Positions 48,401 to 63,400 of a stretch of DNA of 64,000 nt are shown piece by piece. The DNA comes from Phallusia mammillata (lineage: Eukaryota). The position numbers and the translations under genes are program-made. The notes under the pieces were generated by a model. That model had not been told where the DNA came from and did not search any database. It saw nothing but the letters and a program-made list of their open reading frames with translations. Location of the stretch: the NCBI GenBank assembly GCA_965637545.1, contig OZ281501.1:16678001-16742000 (forward strand), given 5' to 3'. The first letter of the stretch is position 1. Each line of letters begins with the position of its first letter.

Positions 48401-51400
48401 TCCCTCCCGTCAAACGTTGTTCGTATTACGCCACAAGAATTTTCTGATCGCTCCGGTCCACACTCGTAATGTACTGGACATCCTCGATTGTCTTCTTGCC
48501 ACGTCGAGCCGTACTAAGTAAAAGTGATAACATATTTTTCTAATGCTACAGAAGATGGAAACAAAGATCGGCCCAACCTGTTAAGTCTAAACCGACGAGG
48601 CCGCAAACAACAAAACTAATTCCGGTTGTAATTTTTCAAACTAAAAGAAATATTTGAACCACTCTTTTAAAGCCGAACAAAACTATTTGGTTAAAACCAA
48701 CTGATGTGTAGCTTTTATGAAACAAGTTGATCTAATTCAAAATACTTATTTTAGGGCGCGCAAAAACAATAATCAGGAGCTTCATTAAATTGCAAAACTA
48801 AAAGTAATTGGCTTAGGTATGTATGCTTACCGCTATGACGCTTCCATTCTCGTGAAAGCAATCGTAACACACTGAAGTGTTACAACAATCCTTTTCAACC
48901 ACAATGAAGCCTTCTTTTTCTTCAACAGGCGAGCAGGGAAGAATCGAAGGTTTGAAGCACACGTCATTCGTTTTTAAATGGGCAGTTAGCCAAGGGTTAC
49001 ACTCATAGTTTGTGCATCCGCTGCCGTCGCTGTTTGATTCAGACCAAGTTTGAGTGAAATTTCGGTAATTGTCAAGGTTGTCCTTACAGGCGATACATGT
49101 GCAGTATTCGCGGTAACAACCACATTCATCTTTGTCCACGTAGGGTCCGTAATGCACTGGGCATTCGGTTGTAATAACTTCTAGTGGGCATTCGTCCCTC
49201 CCGTCAAACGTTTTTCGTATCATGCCACAAGAATCTTCTAATCGCTCCGGTCCGCACTCGTATTGTACTGGACATCCTCGATCGTCTTCTTGCCATGTCG
49301 TGCCGTACTAAGTAAAAGCAATAAAATATTTTTGTAATGCTACAGAAGATGGAAGCAAAGATCGGCGCAACCTGTCAAGTCTAAACCGACGAGGCCGCAA
49401 ACAACAAAAATAATTCCGGTTGTAATTTTTCAAACTAATAGAAATATTTGAACCACTGTTTTAAAGCCGAACAAAACTATTTGGTTAAAACCAACTGATG
49501 TGTAGCTTTTATGAAACAAGTTGATCTAATTCAAAATACTTATTTTAGGGCGCGCAAAAACAATAATCAGGAGCTTCATTAAATTGCAAAACTAAAAGTA
49601 ATTGGCTTAGGTATGTATGCTTACCGCTATGACGCTTCCATTCTCGTGAAAGCAATCGTAACACACTGAAGTGTTACAACAATCCTTTTCAATCACAATG
49701 AAGCCTTCTTTTTCTTCAACAGGCGAGCAGGGAAGAATCGAAGGTTTGAAGCACACGTCATTCGTTTTTAAATGGGCAGTTAGCCAAGGGTTACACTCAT
49801 AGTTTGTGCATCCGCTGCCGTCGCTGTTTGATTCAGACCAAGTTTGGGTGAAATTTCGGTAATTGTCAAGGTTGTCCTTACAGGCGATACATGTGCAGTA
49901 TTCGCGGTAACAACCACATTCATCTTTGTCCACGTAGGGTCCGTAATGCACTGGGCATTCGGTTGTAATAACTTCTAGTGGGCATTCGTCCTTCCCGTCA
50001 AACGTTTTTCGTATTACGCCACAGGAATTTTCTGATCGCTCCGGTCCACACTCGTAATGTACTGGACATCCTCGATCGTCTTCTTGCCATGTCGTGCCGT
50101 ACTAAGTAAAAGTGATAACATATTTTTGTAATGATACAGAAGATGGAAGTAAAAATCGGCGCAATCTGTTAAGTCTAAACCGACGAGGCCGCAAAAACCG
50201 AAAATACTACAGGTTGTAAATTTTTAAATGATTAGAAATATTTGAACCACTTTTTTAAAGTCGAACAAAACTATTTGGTTAAAACCAGCTAATGTGTAGC
50301 TTTGTTATGAAACAAGTTGATCTAATTCAAAATACTTATTTTAGGTCGCGCAAAAACAATTATCAGGAGCTTCATTAAATTGCAAAACTAAAAGTAATCG
50401 GCTTAGGTATGTATGCTTACCGCTATGACGCTTCCATTCTCGTGAAAACAATCGTAACACACTGAAGTATTACAGCAATTCTTTTCAACCACAATGAAGC
50501 CTTCTTTTTCTTCAACCGGTGAGCAGGGAAGAATCGTAGGTTCGTAACATTTTTCATCCGCTTTTGAACCATTTTCATTTAGTAGTTTCATTAGATCACA
50601 CACATAATTTGTGCATCCGCTGCTGTCGCTGTTTGGTTCAGACCAAGTTTGGGTAAAGTTTCGATAATTGCCGAAGTTGTCCATACAGGCCATACAAGTG
50701 CAGTTCTCGCGATCACAACCACATTCGTCTTTGTCCACGTAGGGGCTGTAATGTACTGGGCAATTGGCTGGAACGATTTCTAAGCTACACGGCGTTGTCA
50801 CACATTGATAGACGTTACAACAGCCATAGCATTGGTCGTGAACCGATTCAGAGCTGTTTGCGACGGTGACGAGATGCTGGCACTTGCCACACATTGGCGG
50901 CAGAGGGCAATTTGCAGGATTGCATTTGCATTCACTTTGTATTGCGCATCCACAGATGTCTTGTTTGGTCACTGCAGAGACAAAAAAAAATATGATTAAA
51001 AAATAAAAGCCAAATTTTGCTACCACAGTAAAAGTCGTTGGTGCACGAAATAAAATACGAAGTGAGTCATTTCGTTTGCGAAATACTACTATTGGATGTA
51101 GGCTATGGGTAAAAAAATGAACCTATATGTTAAGCAAAGGGTCTGTGCAAGCAAACATACCATTTGAATTTGTTAGGTCTACAGACAACTACAACTTTAA
51201 CAAAAATAAATAAAAAACAAACAAAAAAACACCTTCAACACGGCATCCAAGATATTCCGTGCAATTCGCATAGGTGTGTTCTGTATGGTTGCAACCTTTA
51301 GTACAGGGACAATCCGGACACTCAACTCCTTCAATGTACGCAAGAAGTTCTTCGGGACATTCATAGACGTCGTTGTAGATGCAATCACACCTTTCATCGG

Positions 51401-54400
51401 GACAGCATGCACCTGGTACGGGGTCGATTGTCTTGTTCCCAAGTGACCCACAATTCAACGAAGGACACTTCGGGCACGCTGTAATATAACAAAACATAAT
51501 GAAAACAATGGCATACAACTACGTGACTTACAGCCGCAGGCAAATTAGTTTTTAAGGCAGTGGTTCTCAATCACCAGGCCTCGGACCGGTGCCCGTCCGC
51601 GTCAACTTTCCTGCCGGTCCGCCAAATATATTACAATTTTATTTCTCATTTTAATTTTTTTTTTATCTCAAAGAACCGCGTTTAACACGTATGATATCAC
51701 ACAGACAGTAGCAAACTTCTCATTAAATTGAATTTTTCATACTTCTTTTAAATTGCATATTTTTGTCGTACTTGCGTGTTGGGCAGACTTTGCAAGCCCA
51801 CCGGTCCGCAAAATTTGTTTAAAAGTTTACCGGTCCGCAAACTTAAAAGGTTGAGAACCACTGTTTTAAAGCCAATGGCCTGTTTAGATGTAATGTTTAG
51901 GTTTAGTTTTTCTTTTTTGTCATATCTGTTTAAAACTGTTTTAAATTTAGAAAACGTTTTTTTTCTTCAAAAAACTTTGTAAAACTGTGTGCAAAATATT
52001 TAAATTCTTACTACACGTGTAGCTTTGACAGCATTCGTCAGTGCTATTAACTTCTTCTACGTACGACCCTTCCAAATGGCAGAATGCATCCTCATATTCT
52101 TGTTTGGACAGACAAGTAGTTTCCTGTTCGTATTCTGTCCTTAACTCATGACACGAATACTCGTCATTTCTGAGTCGTGTTGGTAAACAACGAACCCGTA
52201 CATCACAGTGATTGCTTTCTCTTTTGAATGTAGCGTTTTCACGAGGATTTAGTAAGTAGACTTTGTCGTCAATCATCGCCTGACAGGTATGACAAATACA
52301 CTTCCAGTCTCTGCAGCAGTCGGTTGGATCGCTAATATCAATAGCTTCATAATACATAGGACACTCTGGTCTTGTTTGGTTGTAGCAAGGGTCGCAATCA
52401 CATGACCATGTGGGGCAACATGGGTTTGGGCCAGTTTTAGGGGCATCATGAATTTTGAACACAGAGCGGTCATCTCTTGAAGAGCAGTTTGCCTCAGCTT
52501 CAGAGTAACTGTCACATTCGGCTCGAAGAACTGAAATTTCTGTGTCACATTCGCAAATATGTTTTTCAAAGCATCGGGAGTCAGGATCATTGACTGTGTC
52601 GTTGTACTGGCCAGGAGCGTTGCATTCGATTGGTTGAGGGGCAAGGGAATCATTGCAACCTTAAAGATGCACACAAAAATGAGTGTGGCCATATTGTTTC
52701 ACGCTGACAAGTATAATTTAAAGAGTTTAACCAAAAACTGATATCTAAAATTGTGTGGTTGTTGATATGTTTACAAAATAATGCAAAAAAATGTAAAAAA
52801 TATGGCGGAGAATGTGCACCAAAAGCCTTTAGCTGGTATTTGAAAATAATAAGTTCGTTTTTGCCACTTACTGCAGTTGTAGTTAACACAACATGTGTTC
52901 CCTGAAGGAGATTCTTCGAGATATTCATCAGCAAAGCAATCATCAAACTCTTCTTTAGTAGGGCAATCATCTCGTGTATTGTGCGTGGTTCGTACAACAC
53001 CACATGAGTTGGTGTGACGCTCAGGGCCACACTCGTAATGCACAACACACCCATCTTCCACCTCTTCCCACGTTGTGTCGAACTAAAAAGATGAAACATC
53101 TTAATGTATTTTCACCTAAAGTTGTGAATCTATGTTGACACACAAAATCTTGTTGTCTTTGCAATTTTAGTTGTCCTAGTTTTGAAATGATCGTAAATTC
53201 GGATGTTACATTTTTAATTTCTACATATAGCGCCATGATGGGGTAAAGAAAACAAGACGTTTGAACGTTGTTGTTTTTCCGGCAAAGCAAAAATGTGTTT
53301 TAACAAAAGACAGAACATCACCTCGCCTAAGAGGACAAACGTGGGTAACTTTTGTTGTTAATTTTTACTTACCGGTTTAACAGTTCCGTCAGGCAGGAAA
53401 CAGTCATTACACACTGAAGTGTTACAACAATTCTCTTCAACCAAAATGTAGCCTTCCTTTTCTTCAACAAGTGGACACGGAATTATCGAAGGTTCGAAAC
53501 ATTGATCGTGAGCTTTTGAATGGTGCTTACACTCATAATTTGTGCATCCACTCCCGCCACTGTCTGTCTCATTCCAACTTTCGTGGAGGTTGTGGGGGTT
53601 TCCAGTGTTATCAAAACATACACTGCAAAGGCACAGTCTTTCAGTACAATTGCATTCATTTGGGTATTCATATATATCGTAATGCTTCGGGCATTTTGCC
53701 GGTTCTTGGCATGCTTTGCAAACGCAGTCATAAATTGGACAACACTGTCCCTCCACCAGTGTGATAGTGAATTCCTGATTGGAATTGTTTTGACACTTTT
53801 CCCATGCCTCTTGATATCCATGACAAATGGTTTTGTATTGTTCAGAATCGTTGAGGCAAACGCATTTAGAATGAGCGCACACCGAACCTTCAGCGGGTAC
53901 AACGATTGATTTTTCACCAAGAAAACATTCTGCTTGAGATGGTATATAATCGGGGTTGCAACCTAAAAATAATACAAAATTTTAACTTCTCTGTTAACAA
54001 AACCTAACGGTTTGGACGTTACAAAAACGGAAAGCTTACAACATGTGTAGTTGGCACAACATTGATCACTTGATTCAACTTCACACAGTTTCTCGTCTTC
54101 TCTGCAGCTTGGCACAGTACATTCTTTGCAACCTTAAGAAATAAAATACAACCGATTTTCATCAGAACATTCCGATTTTTATCAGAATACGCCGATTTAT
54201 AACTTTGTTGTGTGAGGCGTTTTAATCCAACTTCGTAAGATAATAAAGTCTGCACCACATTGATATGCAGCATAGGTCTTTTCCAACATATAGTCGATTC
54301 CATTAGTACAGTTAAATGTATTCAAATAAAAATGAACAGGTTTTAACAGTGAGTCTTTACGCGTTTATTTAGGTGTTGTTATTTTGCTGACAAATATGTT

Positions 54401-57400
54401 AAGATAAAATTATTTTAATCACAATACGCCAGCCACATTGAAGGTTCCATACCGAATCAGCCGTTCACGCATTTCACCACCATACCAAGTCGTAGAAAAA
54501 TCTAGACTGTGGTGGGATTTGAACCTATATTTCGTTCGGTGAAAAAAATCGCATTAACACTTTAGGCCGGAAGAAGCTGTGGATAAATGCTCAACGCGCT
54601 GCAACTTCACTGTTACTGCTTACTACAAAGCGTAATGTGACAGGACAGGCATCGTGTCTGGAAGTGATACTCACATTCAATTGGCACGCACTCATCGGAA
54701 CCTGCCGTCTTTAAAACGTAGCCGTCCTGACAGAAACACCCACTACTAGGCGAGTTGTCAACACACATCCGATTGTTGTAGTTGTCGCAAGTTAAAGACA
54801 TTGCACATTTCCGTTCACATTCCTTGTATTCGTAGCCCTCGTTGCAAGTTGTTTCTAAAAAGAAAGCAAAACATTTTAAACAGGCCAAAACATGTATGAC
54901 ATGAAATCGCTTTTCTTGAAGCAATGAAGCATATGAATTGCTGATAAAGCAATGTGTCTAGTTTGGAAAAAAACAATACCTGGGCAGTTAGCAGCTTCTT
55001 TCCATTTGACGCAAATTCCTACAGCCTTGCATCTCGTCGCCAAGGTTTCGATTGCACTTGAGTTACAAGCGTTGCACTGCAAATGCATAGCAAAGAAAGG
55101 AAGTTTGATTTTTGTAATTAAACCTAACGTTATTTTCCTATTTGTCCTAAATTGGTTTGGGTTTGCATTTTAGGCGCACTATGCTTATGTAATTTTTTTT
55201 GTAATGCAATCGTTTCAACGTACTTTTTTCAATACTAAATCTTTTAAACATTCCAACTTTTCTATAACAAAATTCTAGATCACAATATTTTCGTTCAGAA
55301 TGGTAACCTAAACATGTTACTTGAAACTAGGTGTAAATATTTAGCCAAAGCTTTTCATTTTACGATTTCTAAATGCAACAAATGCGGCTCAAATTTACCG
55401 TGCTCCGTCCTGCCATACAAGTCATTAGTTCATCCGTTTCACAAGCCTGTCGCATCGGATTTAAATCAACAGCCCTCGCACACTCATCCCACACTGACGA
55501 TGACATAAAACTACAAGTTTTGTTGGCGCATTCACAACATTCGTCTTCTGGTCCGCCGGTCGTATATCTGCACCAAATAAGACATAAGTATGTTTGTTTG
55601 TCTATCTTGTTGAAAGTGTACACTATAAAAGCGACCTCCTTAATTTTACTGTTGGTGATGTGCCAGTTGTTTGAACCAAAGATTGGTATATTCAAAGGAT
55701 TAGTCATCAAATATATAAGAAATCTAACTTTTTACATGTGCTGTGTTTAATATTAAGAGGATCTACAGTGGAATAGGTACTTAAATTCCAGTTTAAACAC
55801 AATACGTACGTGGTAGTGGTACAGTTTGGAGGTGGCAAAACAATGTCCTTTATACAAATTTCTAATTCATCCTCGTCTTCTTTGTCTACAATCCAGCTTA
55901 TAGCGAATTCGGTAGCATTTGTGGTCATGGTTTGGTTGCTCATTTCCATATCATCATTGTAGTCTTCTGAGCACGTTCCTGAGATAAAAAATATTTTCTC
56001 CCATCAAAAATCCAAAAATTTACATAGTTCTCTGTGTGTTAGGCTTGAGCGACAAAAACATAAATAGCATTAATAAATCGTAAAATAGAAAAATCGTTTG
56101 CCTTTTACACGCGCCTAACCTTAAATGTTAATGGTTTTTTAGGAATTTTTTCTCTTTTTGTTGTAACCTTTCAAAACAGCATAAACGGTTGCAGTACTTA
56201 CCGCAAAGACCGACAGTTTGGTTGAAGAATCTCTCCCTTGGCAGTATCACGCGCACCAAGGGAAACGACACATAATCAGTAAAAGTCACTTGCAAGTTAA
56301 TTTCCGGGACAAATACTATCACTGCATTCCCGTTTTTTCCTATTGTTATACCGTTACCAAACCAAGGCAGTTGAGGTACAGCGGTATCGTTGACAAAAAC
56401 CTAAAAATAGAGTTAATAGCGGTTTTAAGTTTTGGTACAATTTCAACCAAAAGGTAATCGACCTCATTGCGGTCGTGGATAAATAAAGGCTGACCAAAAC
56501 CACAAACAAACAATCTTTAATTTCAATACAAGCTTCGATTTGGAAAACTAGATCAAAACACCTCTACCCCCATGACAATCATGCCATAATAGTAAAACAT
56601 ATTTCAATAAACATTAATAATATTGGTATTTTTTTTTAAATGGGCATTTTAAAAATAAAACTGCAACATTTTTTACAGTTAATTTACCGCTGGGTTCATG
56701 GGCTGGCCCTCGACTTCACGTACTGTCACCACAGTTCCCTCCCACCTCACAAAAAGATTTTTCACACAAGATAGCTCGGGAAAAGGAGCAAGCGTGCAGT
56801 TGGAGTTGTCGCTGCAACGTAATAGCATAAATTTAATTAGTCGCGTCCATCAAAAATGAAACGCTTTTTATGAAACCGAACAAGTAAACTTTTGTGTGTG
56901 AATTTTTTTCTTGCATACATCAATCAAGCTTTTTTAAGGCATTAAACGTTTTTATTTTCCGAATGGGTTATTACTCTTTAATAAACTTTACTCTTAATAT
57001 ATAAAATCCACATTTTTAGATTATTTTAGAAACTAACCTTACTTTCAAAAGATGCACTTACGTGTAAACGTGAAAACGATCTGACGTTCTTTCTTTCACT
57101 AATGTGTAGATGCACTTGCCCATAAAGCTGTAGAACTGTCCGTCGAAAGTTATGTAATGTGGGTCACCGAATGCATAACAATCACCTAAAAATGGGGTTG
57201 AAGGTAACAATCTTACACTCCGGGAAAAGTTAAGCGGTATGATTTTGCTTGCACAGAAAGATGTTAGAAAAAGAAATAGGAGGGTGTTCAGTGATCCAAT
57301 CGCTTGTCCGAATTTTTGTTTAGTTTTTAGGTCAGTTTTTCTCTAATTATATCTATTGCGTTTGAAGAAAAATGCATTTGTTTATCACCAGAACTTCGGA

Positions 57401-60400
57401 ATACTAACTAGAAACGAATAGCATCTTAAGTGAACATTAAACTGACTAGGGTTTTAAAACAGAATTTTTAAAGCTGGTATTTTACTCACATGGGCATTCG
57501 TATTCGGGACAGCACGGATCTTCTGGATTTTCAATCATCATGGGTTGTAAGTTTCGGGGACAACTAGGTTTACCCTCACCGGAGCATTTCGGTTCAGTAT
57601 CTTCCGCAGTACATTGACAACCGTCGCAAACACATGTTTTAGGTTGGCAAGTTTCTTGATTCCAGATTTCACCCTCCTAAAGAAGTAACGTTTTATTTCT
57701 TTGTCTCTTGGGTGCATTATAATATTTGAAAGTGATGTTTTAACGTTTTTAATACATTGGACTAAACCGCCTTTTCCATTATTTTAACATTCAGTTCCAT
57801 TATGTTGTATAAACATTGAACATGTTTACAAAGACACTATGTATCAGATTTTAATGGAAATTTCGAACAAAATATCACGAAAGCGCATTGAATGCCAAAA
57901 CGCAGGTTGTAAAAACAAGAAACGTTTATTATCGACCCAAAAAGGTTTTTCAAAACATAGACCGAAACGCCTCTTCCTTGGTGTTTTTTTTTAATTATAA
58001 ATTTTTAAAACCAGGAAAACATCACTAGCAACTAAATTAATTTACCCCGTAATGTCGTCCGTTGTCTACACACTTGGCTGCGCAGCAGTTCACTTCACAG
58101 CAGTCGTTGGTGTAGGTTTCATTTATAAGCATTACTTGAGTGACGGAACATGACGACGGGCTCCATGGGCATTTGGATTCGTTGCAAGTACAGCTGAAAA
58201 AAAATGCTCCAACTTACTAAGTCATTTTCACGTTATGTTGAGCTAATCAAAAACATATGTTTGTCATTTTGGCAATTGAAGAAAATTTAGATCTAAGATG
58301 GAAAGCTCAATGGTTTTAATACGATTCTTTGTCATGGAGGCTCCGCAAAATGCCATACATACTAGCATATTAATAAAGCACAAGTTACTTGTTGTCATAG
58401 CAACAATTGTCTGTTGGGTATTCAAGTTCATCTTCATAGTATTCACAGGTTTGCTTCGTAAGGCATCGCGATCTCTTGTTTTCCCTTTCATCGATGGTGG
58501 GACAATTCCCGCCTAAGTCTATGTAGCACGACTACAACAACAATAGGTTAACAGTTAAAGTTTAATAGAGGCAAGTGTCTTTTAAAGACATTGGTAAGGT
58601 TAGGTTTTAATTTCTTTATGCCGGGTGTCAACTGTTTCCAAAATACGTCAACTTATACAAAGTTTCGTACGTGTCGTATTGCTTTTAGTGATAGAAAACC
58701 TAAGTAGACAACAAGTAGATTTTTGTTACCTGTCTGACACAAAGTGGGTCATGCGGTGCGTCCCATGTATCTCCTTCAGCATGATGTACTCCATTGTCGT
58801 CCGTACAGTGAGTACAAGAACATACGTGTTCCTCACAACAGTGATTCAACCAACCCACCTGCACATTTATTAACAGATTAACGATGGGTAAATATTAAAG
58901 CGCTGGTCCTTGTTTTTCGATAACAGTGTATTTGTTAGAAACATGAATCAATTATGGTTTGTACTGTATTCAGTCGCAACGTTTTCTTCCTGTAAGTGTA
59001 ATCAGTTGCTTATTCAAAAAGATTCAAATAAAGTCTAGATTAGGTGCAAAATTGTTCCTAGACAACGTCAAGTTCTCTTTAAATCCGTAATCGATAATAG
59101 GTTTTCACTACCGATCAAAAACCAGTGAAATACATATTACGAAAAAAATATATACCGGTCCAATATGTTTGACATTTGGTTATAGACACTGGTGTTTTGA
59201 ATCTTGCCATGAGCTCCAATCTTTTTCAGGGAATACAACTTTACCACAAATATTTCAGTTTCGCATTAACATCACTTGTAGTTACTTGGGTTTAAAATCT
59301 TACCGTTTGTTTTGTGTTGGGCAACTCGCACGTTACGTTTTCGCATTTCGGATAATCACAAACACATCGGTATGAATCACAGCATGATCCGTTATTAAAA
59401 GCTTCCACCTAAAATAAAATACAGAGATATAAATGGGCTTTTGTGGACACTATATTAAGAAAGTATAACAGGTAATATGTTATTGCTAGTTTGTGATTTG
59501 GTACGTAACTGGGATATCACGAATATAGCCGTGTACAGTGGATTTTCATGACATATAATCAGTGGTGGGATTCAGCCGGTTCGCACCGGTTCGATAGAAC
59601 CGTCTCACGAAATTTTATGAGATTAGCGAACCGGTTAGCATTACTGGTTACTGAAAATTAACTTTTTGTAACAGAACCGACTGCAGAACATGACTTTTGT
59701 GATAGAACCGGCTGACAAAAAATTGAATGTCACCGCTGCATATAATTAAAAACTAAGTAAACACAAAATTGTCATTAGGTATCATCGAAGATAAAGTTAG
59801 AAAAACCGAAACTGTAACTGCAACCTTGACCAACCTTTTCGTAAGATTCGCATTCGAGGCTACTTCCATCATCAGGGCATGGCACATGACTGCATTGGTA
59901 AGTGCTGCAACACGTGGAATTGGCACAAGCTTCTTCTGAACTACTGTCAGCGGCAGTGAGTATTACAGGTTCATAACAATCTTGACAAGGTTCCGGCGTA
60001 GGACAGGTTGCAGGGTTACATACTGAAATATTAACTCGGTGTCATTTCTGTAGGTAATCGAAAGGGAACGGATTGTATACACATTTTAATGCAGTTTTCG
60101 AACTGCATGCATGATTTGCTTTCAACAACTGTTATTGCTTTAGCATTGGCCTTCGTAATTAAATCATCGTACGTGTAGATAAATCTTTAAAGGGTGCCTA
60201 CAACACTGCATTTTATGGGTTGTGTTACACATTAAACTACTGCAGTGCTTAAATATAGTTATAACACATCGAAATTGATGAAAACAAAACGTCAAATTTT
60301 CAAACGTCAAATGAAAATCTGTTAATAACTTTGCATGTATTACATTGTTCGAATTTACAAATAGGTTTGTTGGAAACCGATACTGCAAACCATCCGTCTT

Positions 60401-63400
60401 ACCACATCTGCTTTCGATTTTACAGTCACACTCATGGTTGAATACTTCCGAACATCCAGGAGCATTGCACTCTTCTTCTTCCACACAATGAGAGTCATTG
60501 CCTGGACAAATACATTCCGCCTTCTTGCACGTTATGCCCCTTTCTGCTATCGCGGTAATGTTCCTGATCATCGGGTATTCACATTCCAGGCCTTCTGCAG
60601 CTTCTGGATCGTGCTCGGAATTACATTCTGTCAAAAACAATTATTTTAATGTTGTTTAATGGACAAGTCATATGTGCGGTCATCCTTCAAGCTAGGTTAT
60701 GTTAAGCACGACTCTTAGTGCTTAAGTTTTTAGATTCTTTTTAGGCATTTTTTGACCAGTAACATCTTTAACGCACAAAGTCAAAACAGAAAATACAAAA
60801 TGTATCCGGTAAGCTTGTCATCGTAAGTTACAAACCACTTGGAATATAACAACAATTTGTAGAGACTGAATTGTATCAAGGTTGTTCTAAGCTTAAAATA
60901 TCTCAACACTTCCCCAAGCTAATAGTTGCTAACCGGTGGAAAATTTCTCACCAGTGGGAATTTATGTACGGGGGGAGGGAAATAGTTTAAGTCATTGACA
61001 CTAAAATTGCACAAAAACATTGTTATAAAACTAACCGGGAGGAATTCGAATTTGGTGATTGGCTTTAGTGGAAAACTACACATAAATGATTAAGAACCAC
61101 TGCTCTAAGCCAAAAAACATTTTTTCCAAAAAACTATTTCTATCTTAACATTTTCTATAGCTTGTATTTGCACTTACTATGTGACCTAACTAAAACTGGT
61201 TACTCACGGCAGTTGAGTTTATCACAACATCCTCCATGTGTTGTTTCAACGCTCGGTCGCTTGTCAGTGAAAAAGGGGCAGATTTCATTTGGACAGTTGT
61301 AATCGGATGGCGAAGAGCTATAGCAGTCACCATCACTCACACAAGTGTAGTTTGTGCAATCGTGAATCCAGTTTTGTCCAGGTAACTGTATTGAATTTAA
61401 TAAGAAAGTCGGTGGAGAGACGCATGTAAAGAACAAACTAGGTTGTTAAATTTTATTCATATAACTCAAAAATATTACTGGAGACTTTAAAAGCTAAATA
61501 TACTGGGTGACCCCAGAACTCGTGATACTTTTACAGAAAAGTCTTGGAAAAAATGCTGAACTGCATGATACTTGCTTTAAGATTGACACTACTTATTTAG
61601 GCTATTACTTGAAAACTGTACACTTAAATCTCTTTACAACCGAAACAAATTCTAACCTTGGTTTCGTTGTTGAAAACGCAGTAACGACACTCACATTCAA
61701 ACGTTGGACAGCATTCGCCAGGTCGAGCTGGAACTTGAATCTGTAACAAATTAAACTGACTTGTAAAGCTGGAGTAAATCGTCAAGATGGCCGAGTGAAT
61801 TGGAGCAAACGTTCATGTTTACGAGGTTGAGGGATGTAATCGTGTCTTAGCCATTATGTTTCTCTAATCGATAAGGTTAAGGCAATGTTACTGCAAACCA
61901 TGAGAATAGGATGGTTTCAGTTTAAGTGAAGGCACTAACTATCAAATGCACGAAATGAAATACTAACTGATTTAACAAACTTGCATTAAAACTGGCAGTT
62001 TGACTCGGTTGAAAAGAAAAGTATAACGAGCATACAAAATGCTGAAAATTTTCAAAAACGTGCCAAACGCCTAGTAAAATGATTAATTATGGGTGTCACT
62101 CTCTATTCTGTTACCGTTCTCGCATAGGTTTCCACGTTATATATTATATATCACAAATTTGGAACTGTTAATTTCCAGGCCTAAATTAGTTATCTATCAT
62201 ATATACAGATTTCGTTTGTGCAAGCATCTTCAGTGTCTAAAAATACAACACAAACTTATAAAAACCAATAAAAGGTAGATGTTTCTAGGTATGTTACAGT
62301 GGCAAGCTTACTTTTTCTTCGTGTTGTTTGCATTCTACGTCGCTTCCGTCATCACACGGTAACAGCTCACATCTGAACTCGGGACAACAACTGTTGTTTA
62401 AGCATGATTCCGCACTTCCACTAATGCCACCACTGAATGTCGTAATGGCTTCGGAGCAATTGCCGCAATCCGGTGCGCCTTGGCATCTATTTAGGTCACA
62501 CCCTAAAACGTGTGTTTTAGTTAAGTATTTCCAATGTTCAGCTGATGTTACTGAAAGTAGTTGGTTTTAATTCTAGTACGTATAAAAGTCTGGTAACTGA
62601 TGTACATCATGTCAGGCTAAGGAAAAATTCACATACACTGGGTTAACCTAAGAAAGTTTCACATACAAACAATTGAAAAGATATGTCCTTCGCTTCTGGT
62701 GGCGTTTTTCGTACTTATTGTAATAACATTGTATGCCAACACTTAAACACTGTTTGAAAGGTGGCTGTGGCGTTAAGTAGTACATAATTAGCCGAAGTCG
62801 GATATAGATACATTTGGACTGTTTTTATAACGTTTAAGCTAGGTACTTACTACACGTGCTGTCAATAACGCAGCCACAGTCCATGTTCAGATCTTCGTGG
62901 CATCCATGAGTTGTGCAGTTGTTTCGTTCCACACAGTGACTTTCGTCAGTTGGACAAACGCACTCCGATTTCTGGCACGTCAACTCGTTAAAGTCGTAAT
63001 AGGTTGTGTTAAGCACTTTCGGGTGTTGACAAGTGACAGAGGCATCAAATGCAGGGTCGTATTCCGGTTTGCATTCTGTGTAAAAATACAAACAGTTTTG
63101 GTGTTGAGCTGTTGCAAGTTAAATGAATCGACATAATACGTTACCCTGCTGGTACAATTAAACATTAAACTAATAAATTTAAACAAAACAACACTTTCCT
63201 CGTACATATATTGTTTGGGAAACTTAACTTACCATAATGATGGTGACCTGAATAGGACATTGAAATGTTGGTATAAATAATACATTTACCAGAAATTTCC
63301 ACCGGTTAGCAACTATTTACCAAACCACTTGGAACGTATCAACAATTTTTCGAGGCTGAAATGTATCAAGGTTAACAATACTCCATGCCAATAGTTGCTT

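Noticed and set aside
48037-50420. Regularly spaced repeats as a CRISPR array
   Set aside because: The units are ~795-bp exon+intron duplications in a eukaryotic gene, with no short repeat-spacer structure.
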